A DNA stretch of 64,000 nt. It comes from Candidatus Latescibacterota bacterium (lineage in GTDB: Bacteria > Latescibacterota > UBA2968 > GCA-2709665). The notes beneath the pieces were generated by a model, which did no database searches, was not told the origin of the DNA, and saw only the letters and a list, made by a program, of their open reading frames with translations. The stretch's first letter is position 1. Each line of letters opens with the position of its first letter. Positions 9,129 through 19,362 of the stretch are shown piece after piece. Position numbers and translations under genes: made by a program. The stretch covers positions 160,001 through 224,000 of the forward strand of contig CBDDDZ010000002.1 of assembly GCA_965226795.1 (NCBI GenBank). Direction: 5' to 3'.

Positions 9129-12100
9129 ATGAATACCTACCGCAAAAAACTCATCGAAGTCGCCCTACCGCTTGACGCGATAAATGTCGCGTCGGCCAAG
9201 GAGAAGTCCATCCGACACGGCCACCCCAGCACCCTTCACCTCTGGTGGGCGCGACGGCCGTTGGCAGCGGCACGGGCGGTGATCTTCGCACAGATGGTGG
9301 ATGATCCATCGGCACATCCCGATCTGTTTCCATCCGAGGCTGACCAGGAGAAAGAACGCCAGAGCCTGTTTCGCCTTATCGAAGAATTGGTGAAGTGGGA
9401 GAACACCACCAACGAGGCGGTACTGGAACGGGCGCGATCGGAGATCCGCAAGTCCTGGCGTCGAACCTGCGCAGAAAACGCAGACCATCCGCGTGCAAGC
9501 GAGTTGTTCAACCCCGACAAGCTGCCGGCATTTCACGACCCTTTCGCCGGCGGCGGCGCATTGCCGCTGGAGGCCCAACGACTGGGGCTCGAAGCCTATG
9601 CCAGTGACCTCAACCCGGTGGCGGTGCTCATCAACAAGGCGATGATCGAGATCCCGCCGAAGTTCGCAGGAAGGCCGCCGGTTAATCCTGAAGCGCGGGC
9701 GAAGTATTTGGACGCGCGTACATCGCGCACGAATGAGCCCTTGCTGGGTGTGCGGGCGTCCCGCCCGCACAAGGCCTGGCACAGCCGCGGATATCTTCCG
9801 CATCTGGATCAACCTGACATCATTCAGTCCATCACGTTTCGCCTTGCTGATTCAGTCCCGGCCGATGTCATTGCCGCATGGAAGAGCGAATTGGCGCTCA
9901 AAGGCAAGGAGGCCACGAGCGATCCCAGATGCGCGGAGTTGCGTGAGAGAATTGAACGATACGCTGGACAGGGACATGGAGCCTGCTGGCTAAGAGATGA
10001 GCGGATAGCGGGTCAAGTCGAAGACGCCCTACTTCACTTTGACGGCGTACGCTACCGCTTGCTGTCGTGGGTCATCATGCCCAATCACGTGCATGCGCTG
10101 ATCGAAACGACTCCCGGTTTTCCACTTGAGGCCGTCGTTCATTCGTGGAAATCGTTTACAGCCAAGCAAGTTAACAAAATACTTGGCCGGAGCGGCCAGG
10201 TCTGGGAAGAGGACTACTTCGACCGTTATATCCGCGATGAAAATCATCTATCAACTGTGGTAGACTACATCGAGCAGAACCCTGTAAAAGCGGGTTTGGT
10301 TGACACGGCCAGCGATTGGCGTTGGAGCAGCGCATCAAGAAATGGCAGCAATACAAAACTTGGAGGAACTGCAAGGGAAAATGCGGACGGGACGTCCGCG
10401 TTCCCAGGATTGTGGACCGGAGCAAAAGGCCTCGCGGAGGACGTACGCTATTACGGCCGGTGGATGCGCGACGAAGCCGAGAAACGAATCGGACATCTCT
10501 ATCCTAAGATCGAAGTCACTGCGGAGATGGTCCGTGAACGGCCCGACCTCAAACCGTACGAGGGTAAAAGGTTGACGGTGATCGCGTGGCTTTGGGCACG
10601 GATGGTGAAGAGTCCAAACCCGGCCTTTGCCGACGTAGACGTGCCGCTGGCCTCCACATTCATGCTATCGACAAAGAAGGGGAAAGAGGCGTATGTAGAG
10701 CCGGTGATCGAGGGGCGCGGTTATCGGTTTACGGTTAACGTGGGGAATCCAAATGATGCGGAATCGACGAGGCGGGGCACCAAGTCGGGTGGAAGCGGTA
10801 GCTCTTTTCTTTGCCTCATGTCAGGGACTCCAATGCCATTCGATTATCTTAGGAGCGAGGCCAAGCAAGGTCGAATGGGTGAGAAACTGATGGCAATAGT
10901 CGCAGAAGGCGACCGCGGCCGGGTTTACATCCCCCCGACCGAAGTGCAAGAAGCGATCGCAAAGCGCGCTACGCCGGCTAATACCCCGGAAACCGACCTA
11001 CCTGAACGGGCACTCGGATTTCGCGTGCAGCAGTACGGTATGACCAAGTGGCGGGATCTCTTTGCAGCACGCCAACTCGTCGCCCTGACCACCTTGTCGG
11101 ACTTGGTCGCAGAGGCAATGGAGCGCGTCAACCGCGATTACTTGGCAGCACAGGTCCCTGACATACCTTCGAGCGGGACAGCCTCGGTCCCAGACAACGA
11201 TACGCCCCTACGCAACGGGGGCGCTGGCGCAATGGCGTATGCTGAGGCGGTGGGGGTGTATCTCGGATTGGCTGTGAGTAAGGAGACGGTTTTTCTCGTA
11301 ACACAGGCTCGCTGGAGAGCAGGCGAGGGCAAATCAGCACCTGGGTTTGGGAGGCAGGCGTTGCCAATGGTCTGGGACTACGCAGACCTGAATCCGTTTG
11401 CAGGAGCTGGTGGCGACTTTCTTGGCGTCATTGAGGGGATTGAGAAAACCCTGCGCAATGCGCCTCCTCCGATCGCTGGGTACACTGATCAAGCGGATGC
11501 GATGAATCAGAAATTAAGTCTCGACAAGGTTGTGTCAACGGACCCACCCTACTACGACAACATTGGCTACGCCGACCTTTCCGATTATTTTTACGTTTGG
11601 CTGCGCCACCCGCTTAAGCCGATCCTTCCCTACCTCTTTACTACGCTCGCCGTACCAAAGGTCGACGAATTGGTCGCCACACCATACCGTCACGGCAGCA
11701 AGGTGAAAGCAGAGAAGTTCTTTCTCGATGGTATGGGCCAGGCGATGTGCCGCTTGGCCGAACAAGCGCACCCCGGCTTTCCGGTCACCATCTACTATGC
11801 CTTCAAGCAGTGCGAGACCAAAGGCAACAGTGGTATTTCCAGTACCGGGTGGGAAACTTTCCTGGCTGCCGTAATCCAGTCAGGCTTCGCAGTCACAGGC
11901 ACATGGCCGATGCGTACGGAGAATTCGACTCGGCTTGTCGGTATGATCACCAACTCACTCGCATCCAGCATAGTCCTCGTCTGCCGCAAGCATTCGGCCA
12001 ATGCACCGCTGGCCACGCGCCGCGAGTTCGTCGCCGCGTTGCGGGGAAAACTTCCAAGCGCTCTAGCCCGACTTCAATCCGGAAACATTGCCCCGGTCGA

Positions 12101-12749
12101 TCTGGCGCAGGCAGCCATCGGACCCGGCATGGCAGTGTTCACGCGCTATACCAAAGTACTCGATGCCCAGGGCAATCCCGTATCCGTAGGTGACGCCTTG
12201 GCGTTAATTAATCAGACACTCGACGAGGTTCTTGCCGAGCAGGAGGGCGAATTCGACGCCGACACGCGGTGGGCGCTGGCGTGGTTCGAGCAGGAAGGCT
12301 TTGGCGAGGGCGAGTACGGCGTGGCGGAAACCCTGGCGAAGGCAAAGAACACCAGCATCGCCGGCATCGTCGAGGGTGGTATTCTCGCCTCCCGGGGTGG
12401 CAGGGTGCGCCTTTTGCGTCCGAACGAGTTGTCCGGTGACTGGGATCCGACGTCCGACACTCGGCTGACCGTGTGGGAGGCGGTCCACTACCTGGTCCAC
12501 GCTCTTGAATCTGGCGGCGAATCCGCCGCCGCCACGCTGGTTAACCAACTCGGCGGTGTCGCCGAGACCGCACGCGAACTGGCCTATCGGCTATATATCG
12601 TTTGCGAGCGCAAGAACCGCAATGAGGAAGCCCGCTCTTACAACGGCCTCGTACAAAGCTGGCCTGAAATTGCACCCCTGTCTCGGGAGCGAGCTCCGGC
12701 GGAGCAGGGCGACATCTTTAGGGACCGAAATCCGAGAAGTGTCGCATGA
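9129..12749 (+). CDS. DUF1156 adenine DNA methyltransferase (copy 2) with in-frame RAYT domain
   Basis: Same motifs as copy 1 (DPFAGGG, DPPY); central specificity region differs. Confidence 0.92.
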   Translation: MNTYRKKLIEVALPLDAINVASAKEKSIRHGHPSTLHLWWARRPLAAARAVIFAQMVDDPSAHPDLFPSEADQEKERQSLFRLIEELVKWENTTNEAVLERARSEIRKSWRRTCAENADHPRASELFNPDKLPAFHDPFAGGGALPLEAQRLGLEAYASDLNPVAVLINKAMIEIPPKFAGRPPVNPEARAKYLDARTSRTNEPLLGVRASRPHKAWHSRGYLPHLDQPDIIQSITFRLADSVPADVIAAWKSELALKGKEATSDPRCAELRERIERYAGQGHGACWLRDERIAGQVEDALLHFDGVRYRLLSWVIMPNHVHALIETTPGFPLEAVVHSWKSFTAKQVNKILGRSGQVWEEDYFDRYIRDENHLSTVVDYIEQNPVKAGLVDTASDWRWSSASRNGSNTKLGGTARENADGTSAFPGLWTGAKGLAEDVRYYGRWMRDEAEKRIGHLYPKIEVTAEMVRERPDLKPYEGKRLTVIAWLWARMVKSPNPAFADVDVPLASTFMLSTKKGKEAYVEPVIEGRGYRFTVNVGNPNDAESTRRGTKSGGSGSSFLCLMSGTPMPFDYLRSEAKQGRMGEKLMAIVAEGDRGRVYIPPTEVQEAIAKRATPANTPETDLPERALGFRVQQYGMTKWRDLFAARQLVALTTLSDLVAEAMERVNRDYLAAQVPDIPSSGTASVPDNDTPLRNGGAGAMAYAEAVGVYLGLAVSKETVFLVTQARWRAGEGKSAPGFGRQALPMVWDYADLNPFAGAGGDFLGVIEGIEKTLRNAPPPIAGYTDQADAMNQKLSLDKVVSTDPPYYDNIGYADLSDYFYVWLRHPLKPILPYLFTTLAVPKVDELVATPYRHGSKVKAEKFFLDGMGQAMCRLAEQAHPGFPVTIYYAFKQCETKGNSGISSTGWETFLAAVIQSGFAVTGTWPMRTENSTRLVGMITNSLASSIVLVCRKHSANAPLATRREFVAALRGKLPSALARLQSGNIAPVDLAQAAIGPGMAVFTRYTKVLDAQGNPVSVGDALALINQTLDEVLAEQEGEFDADTRWALAWFEQEGFGEGEYGVAETLAKAKNTSIAGIVEGGILASRGGRVRLLRPNELSGDWDPTSDTRLTVWEAVHYLVHALESGGESAAATLVNQLGGVAETARELAYRLYIVCERKNRNEEARSYNGLVQSWPEIAPLSRERAPAEQGDIFRDRNPRSVA
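9708..10407 (+). mobile_element. REP-RAYT-REP cassette embedded in frame in MTase 2
   Basis: Near-identical to 3974-4673 (offset 5734); HUH and catalytic Tyr intact. Confidence 0.9.
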
Positions 12750-12756
12750 CGTAACC

Positions 12757-12783
12757 CTGGGAGCGCGGGCGTCCCGCCCGCAT
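12757..12783 (+). repeat. REP hairpin
   Basis: Identical to 6984-7010. Confidence 0.85.
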
Positions 12784-12955
12784 GTTGGAACAGCATATGG
12801 CCGCAGTCCTATCGCTATATCTATGCCATTCCAGAGGCGTAGCGGAAGAAATAACAAGATGCGACCGGCAAGCGGCCCCGTCGGCCGAGATTGGGGACTG
12901 TGAGAACTCACTTTATGAGTGTCCGCTGTGACGGCATAAGTAGAGGTCCAACGGA

Positions 12956-14329
12956 ATGAGTTTAGTGCAATATCTACGTCGTTTTCGTGAGACCCGACGC
13001 ATAGCCCGAAGACAGGCTCGTAGCTGGGGGCGCGATTTATCGAGGTCTATCAAGGCCAATCAAGGTCGGCTCGCGCTAATCGTCATTCTGGTGGTCGCTC
13101 TCGGGGCCGTCGCCTGGATGCTGATTGCCTCCTGGAACTGGCTGAGCACAGACTTCTGGACTTGGCTACGAGGGGAGCCGAATCGGATGGAATCAGGTAG
13201 CACGACCGTTCGCAATCTCGGCTTGCTTATCGCTGGCCTAATCGCCCTGCCGCTCGCGATTTGGCGCAGTTGGGTCGCCCATCGCCAAGCCGACACGGCA
13301 CAGCAGAATCTATTGAATGAACGCTACCGACAAGGGGCCGAGATGCTTGATAGCGAGATCCTGTCGGTCCGCTTGGGTGGGATCTACGCGCTACAACGTC
13401 TTGCGGTGGAAAATCCAAAGCAATACCACGTCCAAGTGATGCAGTTATTGTGTGCGTTCGTGCGACACCCCCCAAAAGGTAACAGCGACAAGCAAAAAGA
13501 GGTAATCGGGGATCGAAAGAAACCCGAGTTGCGCAGTGACGTGCAAGACGCCGTGAGCGCAATTAGCGCATGTCATGCTCGACAAAGCAAATTGGAAAAT
13601 AGATTGGGTTTTCGATTAGATCTGCGTGGCGTTAATCTCTCCAGTGCGGACTTGTTTAAGGCAGTGCTAAGCAAAGCGAATTTTTCCGATGCAGACTTGT
13701 CGGGAGCAGGGCTTATCGGCGCGAATCTGGCAGGGGCAGTGTTGACTCGCGCGAATCTGGCAGGGGCGCGGCTGACCGGCGCTAACCTAAATGGCGCCAG
13801 ATTCGAACGTGCGAACCTCTCGGAGACGCGGCTTGAAAGTTCAGATTTAGCTATGGCAGGCCTCGCGAACGCGAACCTCTCTATGGCACGACTATCCAAT
13901 GCAAGCCTGACCGAAGCACATCTCTCAAACGCAAACTTGGCCGGGGCATCGCTTCACGACTCTGATCTATCCAAGACACGGCTCCAGGGAGCGAACTTGG
14001 CCAGAGCATCACTGTATCAGGCTAGCCTGACCGGGGCAATACTCTCACGAACGAATTTCGACGGCGCAGGGCTTGGTGGTGCGAATCTGCTGGGCTCGGA
14101 CTTGTCCAACGCGAATATGTCCAATGCAAATCTGTCGCCGGTTGTTACGACTACACATGAAGTCGGGAAAGAACCGTACCAGGAGAAGTTCCTAACCAAA
14201 TTGACGCAGGCTCAGCTTGATGTCGCCTGCGCCGAGTCGGACACACCACCTAATCTGAGCGGTGCCGTAGATGCTGAATCTGGCAAGCCGCTGGTGTGGC
14301 GTGGCAGACCTTTAAATAGTCATTCGTAG
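12956..14329 (+). CDS. Membrane-anchored pentapeptide-repeat protein
   Basis: Two hydrophobic segments, the ERY..GAEML..VRLGGIYALQRLA motif and long A(N/D)LxxAxL repeats. Confidence 0.9.
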   Translation: MSLVQYLRRFRETRRIARRQARSWGRDLSRSIKANQGRLALIVILVVALGAVAWMLIASWNWLSTDFWTWLRGEPNRMESGSTTVRNLGLLIAGLIALPLAIWRSWVAHRQADTAQQNLLNERYRQGAEMLDSEILSVRLGGIYALQRLAVENPKQYHVQVMQLLCAFVRHPPKGNSDKQKEVIGDRKKPELRSDVQDAVSAISACHARQSKLENRLGFRLDLRGVNLSSADLFKAVLSKANFSDADLSGAGLIGANLAGAVLTRANLAGARLTGANLNGARFERANLSETRLESSDLAMAGLANANLSMARLSNASLTEAHLSNANLAGASLHDSDLSKTRLQGANLARASLYQASLTGAILSRTNFDGAGLGGANLLGSDLSNANMSNANLSPVVTTTHEVGKEPYQEKFLTKLTQAQLDVACAESDTPPNLSGAVDAESGKPLVWRGRPLNSHS

Positions 14330-14600
14330 ATGTATGAAGACGCCGCGCCCGCGATCTCGATTGGAACCTACAGTGAAATGTATCGACTGTACGCATCTCG
14401 TTCCAACTGGATCATCCGCGTCTGGGAATGGCGAGCTTGGCGACGGGTCCGCCAATTTTGTAGCGCGCCGGTCGCGCCAAAAGGTGCTGTGCGAATAGGG
14501 CGAGTTATTCGGAGGCGGAGCCGACACACTATAAAGTAAATGACTAAGTCGCTATACATTTTTGTACGGAAAATTCACGAGTGAGAAGGGAGACACGATC

Positions 14601-17435
14601 GTGACATCAGATCCAAGTAGCCGCTGGCGTTACCCGGGTGCACGATGGTGGAAGTTTGACTTCCACACCCACACACCTGCGTCAGCGGACTATGGCCGAG
14701 GACCGGACCAAGCTGCTCTACGGCAGATAACTCCTACCGACTGGCTACTAGCATTTATGCGCGCTGGCGTGGATTGTGTGGCGGTAACTGATCATAACTC
14801 GGGCGAGTGGATCGACGGGCTCAAAACGGCACTCCTTGACCTAAAGCACGATCCGCATCCAGACTTTCGGCCCCTTTGTCTGTTTCCAGGAGTTGAGATC
14901 ACTGCCAACGGTGGCATTCACATTCTCGCGATACTCGACACTGACAAGTCCTCTGCGGACGTCGCGTCGCTTCTTGGAGCAGTCGAGTACCACGGTGAGC
15001 GCGGTGAGACTGATGTTGCCGCTAATAAAGCACCTATCGGGGTCGTAAAAGCCATCGTCGATGTCGGCGGTATTCCAATTCTTGCACATGTAGACGAGCC
15101 GGGGGGAGCCTGGAAACTTTCGGGAAACACGCTTAACCCGTTGCTGGAATTCGATGGATTGTTTGCAATGGAAGTTGTCGATTCGACCGCGAAAAAACCT
15201 GAAAAATACCGACAAATGAAGCTCAATTGGGTTGAAATTCTTGGGTCGGACTCACATGACCAAACCGGCAAGACTGGCTCCCGTGTTCTCGGTTGCCATT
15301 ACACGTGGGTAAAGATGGCGGAACCGTCTCTCGAGGGGTTGCGCTTGGCACTCCTGGACGGCGGCGGTTTTTCGATTCGGCGCAGTGATGATTCGCGTCC
15401 TTTTGATCCGTTTGGATTGCCTGAGCACTTCGTTGAAGCTTTCGAAATCGAAGATGCGCAATACATGGGGCGTGGAGATTCGGCGAAACTCAGCTTCAGT
15501 CCGTGGCTCAACGCGCTGGTTGGAGGGAGAGGTACGGGAAAATCAACAGTAATCCATGGTATAAGGCTTGCGTCAAGACGTGAGCAGGAATTGGCAAATT
15601 TCGAAGAGAATTCCGAGCCCCGCTTGATCTTCGATCAATTCAACCGGGTGCCTGGGGACCGCACGGACCGTGGTGGTTTGACAAATTCAACAGAAATCAG
15701 GTTGACTGTGATGCGGAACGACGTTCGGTATCGAGTGCGCTGGCGGCGCGACGGTTCCGGGATAGTAGTAGAGGAGGACGCAGGCGAACAGGGTTGGGGC
15801 CCGTCGAACATTCAAAGTGTTACGCCCGAACGCTTTCCAATCCGGATTTTTAGCCAGGGACAGATTGCAGCAATGGCGGGAGAGAACCAACAGGCATTGT
15901 TGCAGGTGATTGACGACGCTGCGGGTGTGGTCGGGCTACAGCGTCAACTCTATGATGCCAGGAGCGAATTCTATGCGGCGCGGGCGCGGATTCGCGAACT
16001 GGACGGCAAGTTAGTTCGCTGGGATGATCTAAGGGTTGAGAAGGATGACGTGGAGCGAAAACTGAAGCGTTTTGAGGAAGCGCGACATGGGGAAATTCTA
16101 ACCCTTTACCAACGCAGCATTCGGCAGCAAAGGGAGATGGAACGCCAGTTTGAGTCAACGGATGCTGCCGCACAACATATTGAAGATGCAATTAGCGCGG
16201 TACATTCCGAAGATGTGCCGGAAGGATTGTTCGACACGGAATCTGACGAAGATCGCGAAGCCCTGTCAGCCATAGATGCGTTGGCTTCCGCCATAAAGAC
16301 TGCTGCCGAAACCCTATATTGCACCGCAGAGGGACTACGTGCGGTCGTCAAGACACAAAGGAGCGAGTTGTCCAAAAGCGAATGGCAGACGGCTGTGAAT
16401 GAGATCGTCTCTGAGTATGAGCAGTTGGTCGAAACACTTCAATCGGAGGGTGTCTCTGATCCGAGCGAGTACGGCCGCCTTGTGCAGGAGCGACAGCGAC
16501 TGGATAGCGAAATCGAAGTTATGAAGTCGATCAGGAAGGAACGTTGTGGATTGGAAAAGCAATGTCGATCGCTGCTCGAGCGAGTCTTGGAAACTCGGCG
16601 TGCCGTGAGTACAGAGCGCGACGAATTCCTTGAAGACGCTTTGGCGCAGAACAGTTTCGTGCGTATCCGAAACCTATCATACGGCGACGACCCCCGTGTT
16701 ATTGAAGGTGGATTGCGCGAGGCATTGGGCGTTCTCGACGAACGTTTTCAGCTCGACATTTTGGATATGGATGGCGAGTCGCCGGCGAAAGGAATCGTTG
16801 CAGAAATAATGAATGGCTTGCCGAAGGAGCCCTCGGAACGCGGTTCTGAACTGGAAGACCGGATTGACCGTCTAAAAGACCGCTTTCCCGCTGCTTGTAA
16901 GGGTCACGGTGACTTTGGAGGTCGTTTCAACAACTATCTGAAACGTGAATTCGAGAGACGACCTGAATTCCTCGATGGATTGCTGACGTGGTTCCCGGAT
17001 GATTCCTTACGGGTGGAATATAACCGGGTGGGCGATGGAACGGATTTTCGGCCCATTACACAGGCTTCGTCCGGACAGCGGTCGGCGGCGATGCTGGCGT
17101 TCCTACTGGCACACGGCGAGGAACCGCTGGTGCTGGACCAACCGGAGGACGATCTGGACAACCATTTGATCTATGACTTGGTTGTTCGCCAAATCCGTGA
17201 AAACAAACTAAGGCGACAGATCATAGTTGTGACACACAACCCCAACATCGTGGTGAACGGAGATGCGGAGATGTTGCATGCACTTGAATTTGTAAGCGGA
17301 CAGTGCATTGTGGAGCAATCTGGATCATTGCAGCAGGAGGCCATGCGCGAGGAAGTCTGCCGCATAATGGAGGGAGGGCGCGAAGCGTTCGAGCGCCGCT
17401 ATCGCAGACTTGGACCGGAGCCAACCCATGTTTGA
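14601..17435 (+). CDS. PHP-domain phosphoesterase fused to an ABC/SMC-like ATPase (TrlF/Ppl-like)
   Basis: DFHTHTP, TDHN, AHVD and GSDSH metal motifs; Walker A GGRGTGKS; SSGQRS, LDQPEDDLDN, VTHNPN; start placed at GTG 14601 (ORF open from 14562). Confidence 0.88.
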   Translation: MTSDPSSRWRYPGARWWKFDFHTHTPASADYGRGPDQAALRQITPTDWLLAFMRAGVDCVAVTDHNSGEWIDGLKTALLDLKHDPHPDFRPLCLFPGVEITANGGIHILAILDTDKSSADVASLLGAVEYHGERGETDVAANKAPIGVVKAIVDVGGIPILAHVDEPGGAWKLSGNTLNPLLEFDGLFAMEVVDSTAKKPEKYRQMKLNWVEILGSDSHDQTGKTGSRVLGCHYTWVKMAEPSLEGLRLALLDGGGFSIRRSDDSRPFDPFGLPEHFVEAFEIEDAQYMGRGDSAKLSFSPWLNALVGGRGTGKSTVIHGIRLASRREQELANFEENSEPRLIFDQFNRVPGDRTDRGGLTNSTEIRLTVMRNDVRYRVRWRRDGSGIVVEEDAGEQGWGPSNIQSVTPERFPIRIFSQGQIAAMAGENQQALLQVIDDAAGVVGLQRQLYDARSEFYAARARIRELDGKLVRWDDLRVEKDDVERKLKRFEEARHGEILTLYQRSIRQQREMERQFESTDAAAQHIEDAISAVHSEDVPEGLFDTESDEDREALSAIDALASAIKTAAETLYCTAEGLRAVVKTQRSELSKSEWQTAVNEIVSEYEQLVETLQSEGVSDPSEYGRLVQERQRLDSEIEVMKSIRKERCGLEKQCRSLLERVLETRRAVSTERDEFLEDALAQNSFVRIRNLSYGDDPRVIEGGLREALGVLDERFQLDILDMDGESPAKGIVAEIMNGLPKEPSERGSELEDRIDRLKDRFPAACKGHGDFGGRFNNYLKREFERRPEFLDGLLTWFPDDSLRVEYNRVGDGTDFRPITQASSGQRSAAMLAFLLAHGEEPLVLDQPEDDLDNHLIYDLVVRQIRENKLRRQIIVVTHNPNIVVNGDAEMLHALEFVSGQCIVEQSGSLQQEAMREEVCRIMEGGREAFERRYRRLGPEPTHV

Positions 17436-18675
17436 TAGCCAGAAGGAACTGCTTGACAAGATTCGACTGGGCGAAGATACGTTCCTGGAATGCAAGGAGG
17501 TCCGGTTTTCGGGAAAGCGTGTCACCGGCCCTCATCGCGACTCCATGGCTGCTTTTGCAAACAGTCAAGGGGGAGTTTTAGTGTTAGGCGTGGAAGACGA
17601 ATCAAGGGAGATCCTTGGTATTTCACTTGACCGTCTCGAATTGGTAGAGAGCTTCGTTCATGAGCTTTGCCAGGACTCTATTGACCCACCCTTGGCGCCT
17701 ACAATACGGCGCCTGCGGCTACCGACGACTACCGGTGAGGAGGTAGCTGTCATTAAAATTGATGTACCACGCAGTCTATTCGTCCATCGAAGCCCGGGCG
17801 GTTTCAAGCATCGAGTCGGCAGCGCCAAACGTGTAACGTCTGCCGAATTCCTGGCCCGCCTCTTTCAACACCGTAGCCAAACCGGGGTTATTCGGTTCGA
17901 CGAACAGACCGTGACGCAGGCCGAATTGGAAGATTTGGACCCGCATCTGTGGGAAAGGTTCCTCACGCCCCGTTCGGGAAATCAGCGAGAGGACTTTCTG
18001 TCCCAATTGGGTATGGCACGTACTGAGAATGACAGCTCTATCCGGCCAACGGTAGCAGGTGTCCTAATGGCTAGTCATGATTCGCGGGAATGGTTGCCTA
18101 ATGCATACATTCAAGCTGTCGCCTACCGGGGAGACCAAATCCGACTGGAAACATCCGGCGACCCCTATCAACTTGATGCCGCAGATATATATGGTCCACT
18201 GGATGCCCAGGTAGCGCAAGCCTGTAGATTCGTGATGAAGAACATGAGGACAGCAGCAGATAAAGAATTAGGGCGCCGCGACCTACCTCAATTCGATATG
18301 ACGGCAGTTTTTGAGGCATTGGTCAATGCAGTAGCTCATCGCGATTACTCCATTCATGGGTCGAAGATCAGACTCAGGTTATTTTCCAATAGGCTGGAAT
18401 TGTATTCACCGGGGACGCTACCTAACACGCTGACGATTGACAGCCTTCCATACCGGCAGTCTGCCCGTAATGAGACAGTATGCAGCCTGCTTGCACGATC
18501 TACGGTGCCAGATAATGCGCCCTGGCTCGAAACGGACCGCAATACACTTATGGATTGGCGTGGAGAGGGCGTGCGTATCATCCTCGATAATAGTGAGATG
18601 CTGTCCGGTCGTCGCCCCGAGTACACTCTGATCGACGAACGTGAGTTGCAGCTTGTTATCTGGGCGGCAACTTAG
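17428..18675 (+). CDS. AlbA_2 (Schlafen-like) DNA-binding + HATPase_c_4 domain protein
   Basis: GED..LECK, AAFANSQGGVLVLGVED, EALVNAVAHRDY, LELYSPG. Confidence 0.85.
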   Translation: MFDSQKELLDKIRLGEDTFLECKEVRFSGKRVTGPHRDSMAAFANSQGGVLVLGVEDESREILGISLDRLELVESFVHELCQDSIDPPLAPTIRRLRLPTTTGEEVAVIKIDVPRSLFVHRSPGGFKHRVGSAKRVTSAEFLARLFQHRSQTGVIRFDEQTVTQAELEDLDPHLWERFLTPRSGNQREDFLSQLGMARTENDSSIRPTVAGVLMASHDSREWLPNAYIQAVAYRGDQIRLETSGDPYQLDAADIYGPLDAQVAQACRFVMKNMRTAADKELGRRDLPQFDMTAVFEALVNAVAHRDYSIHGSKIRLRLFSNRLELYSPGTLPNTLTIDSLPYRQSARNETVCSLLARSTVPDNAPWLETDRNTLMDWRGEGVRIILDNSEMLSGRRPEYTLIDERELQLVIWAAT

Positions 18676-18718
18676 ATTTTCGCCGATTGGCTAGCCGGGA
18701 TACTCGGGAAATGTGCCA

Positions 18719-19156
18719 ATGAAAATCTCCACCATCGGCTTCACACGAAAGCCTGCTCGCCTTTTCTTCGACCTGCTGCGTGAGTCGGGTGTCAGTCGCG
18801 TCGTTGACGTAAGGCTCAATAATGGGTCGCAATTGGCCGGTTTTGCGAAGAAGGAAGACCTCGCGTTTTTCTTGGGCGAGCTTTGCGGCATGGAGTACGT
18901 CCACCTGCCGGTGCTGGCCCCGACGAAGGAGTTGCTGGACGACTACAGGAAACGGCGTTGCGATTGGGTAGCTTACGAGGACCGATTCATCGCGCTGATG
19001 CGTGACCGGCGGATCGAGGAGACGGTTCCGAAAGAGATTGTCGCCGACGGATGCCTGTTGTGCAGCGAGGATAAGCCGCACCGTTGCCACCGACGGCTTG
19101 TCGCCGAGTACCTGAAACAACATTGGAGCGACGTGGAAATCGTGCATATCAGATAG
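18719..19156 (+). CDS. DUF488 family protein
   Basis: TIGFT, VVDVRL.N.SQLAGFAK, CLLCSE..PHRCHRRLVAE. Confidence 0.85.
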   Translation: MKISTIGFTRKPARLFFDLLRESGVSRVVDVRLNNGSQLAGFAKKEDLAFFLGELCGMEYVHLPVLAPTKELLDDYRKRRCDWVAYEDRFIALMRDRRIEETVPKEIVADGCLLCSEDKPHRCHRRLVAEYLKQHWSDVEIVHIR

Positions 19157-19362
19157 AAAGCGCGACATGTATAGACCCGCGTCGGAAACGTTCATCACAA
19201 CGATCGTGGACCGTATCGTGAGAGGCTTTCAGCCTTCGCGGATTGTCCTTTTTGGTTCCCATGCGCTTGGCACGGCACAGGAATTGTGCCCGTGATGATT
19301 TCTACCATCGACTTCCGAAAAAACCGGCCCGCCGTTTCTTCGAAAACTCGGAGGCTTGATCC

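Noticed and set aside
13620..14140. 15-bp periodic DNA repeats (GCGAATCTG...)
   Set aside because: Explained by the pentapeptide-repeat protein
14330..14559. Small ORFs between the pentapeptide and PHP-ATPase genes
   Set aside because: No RBS or motif support; conflicting ORFs on both strands
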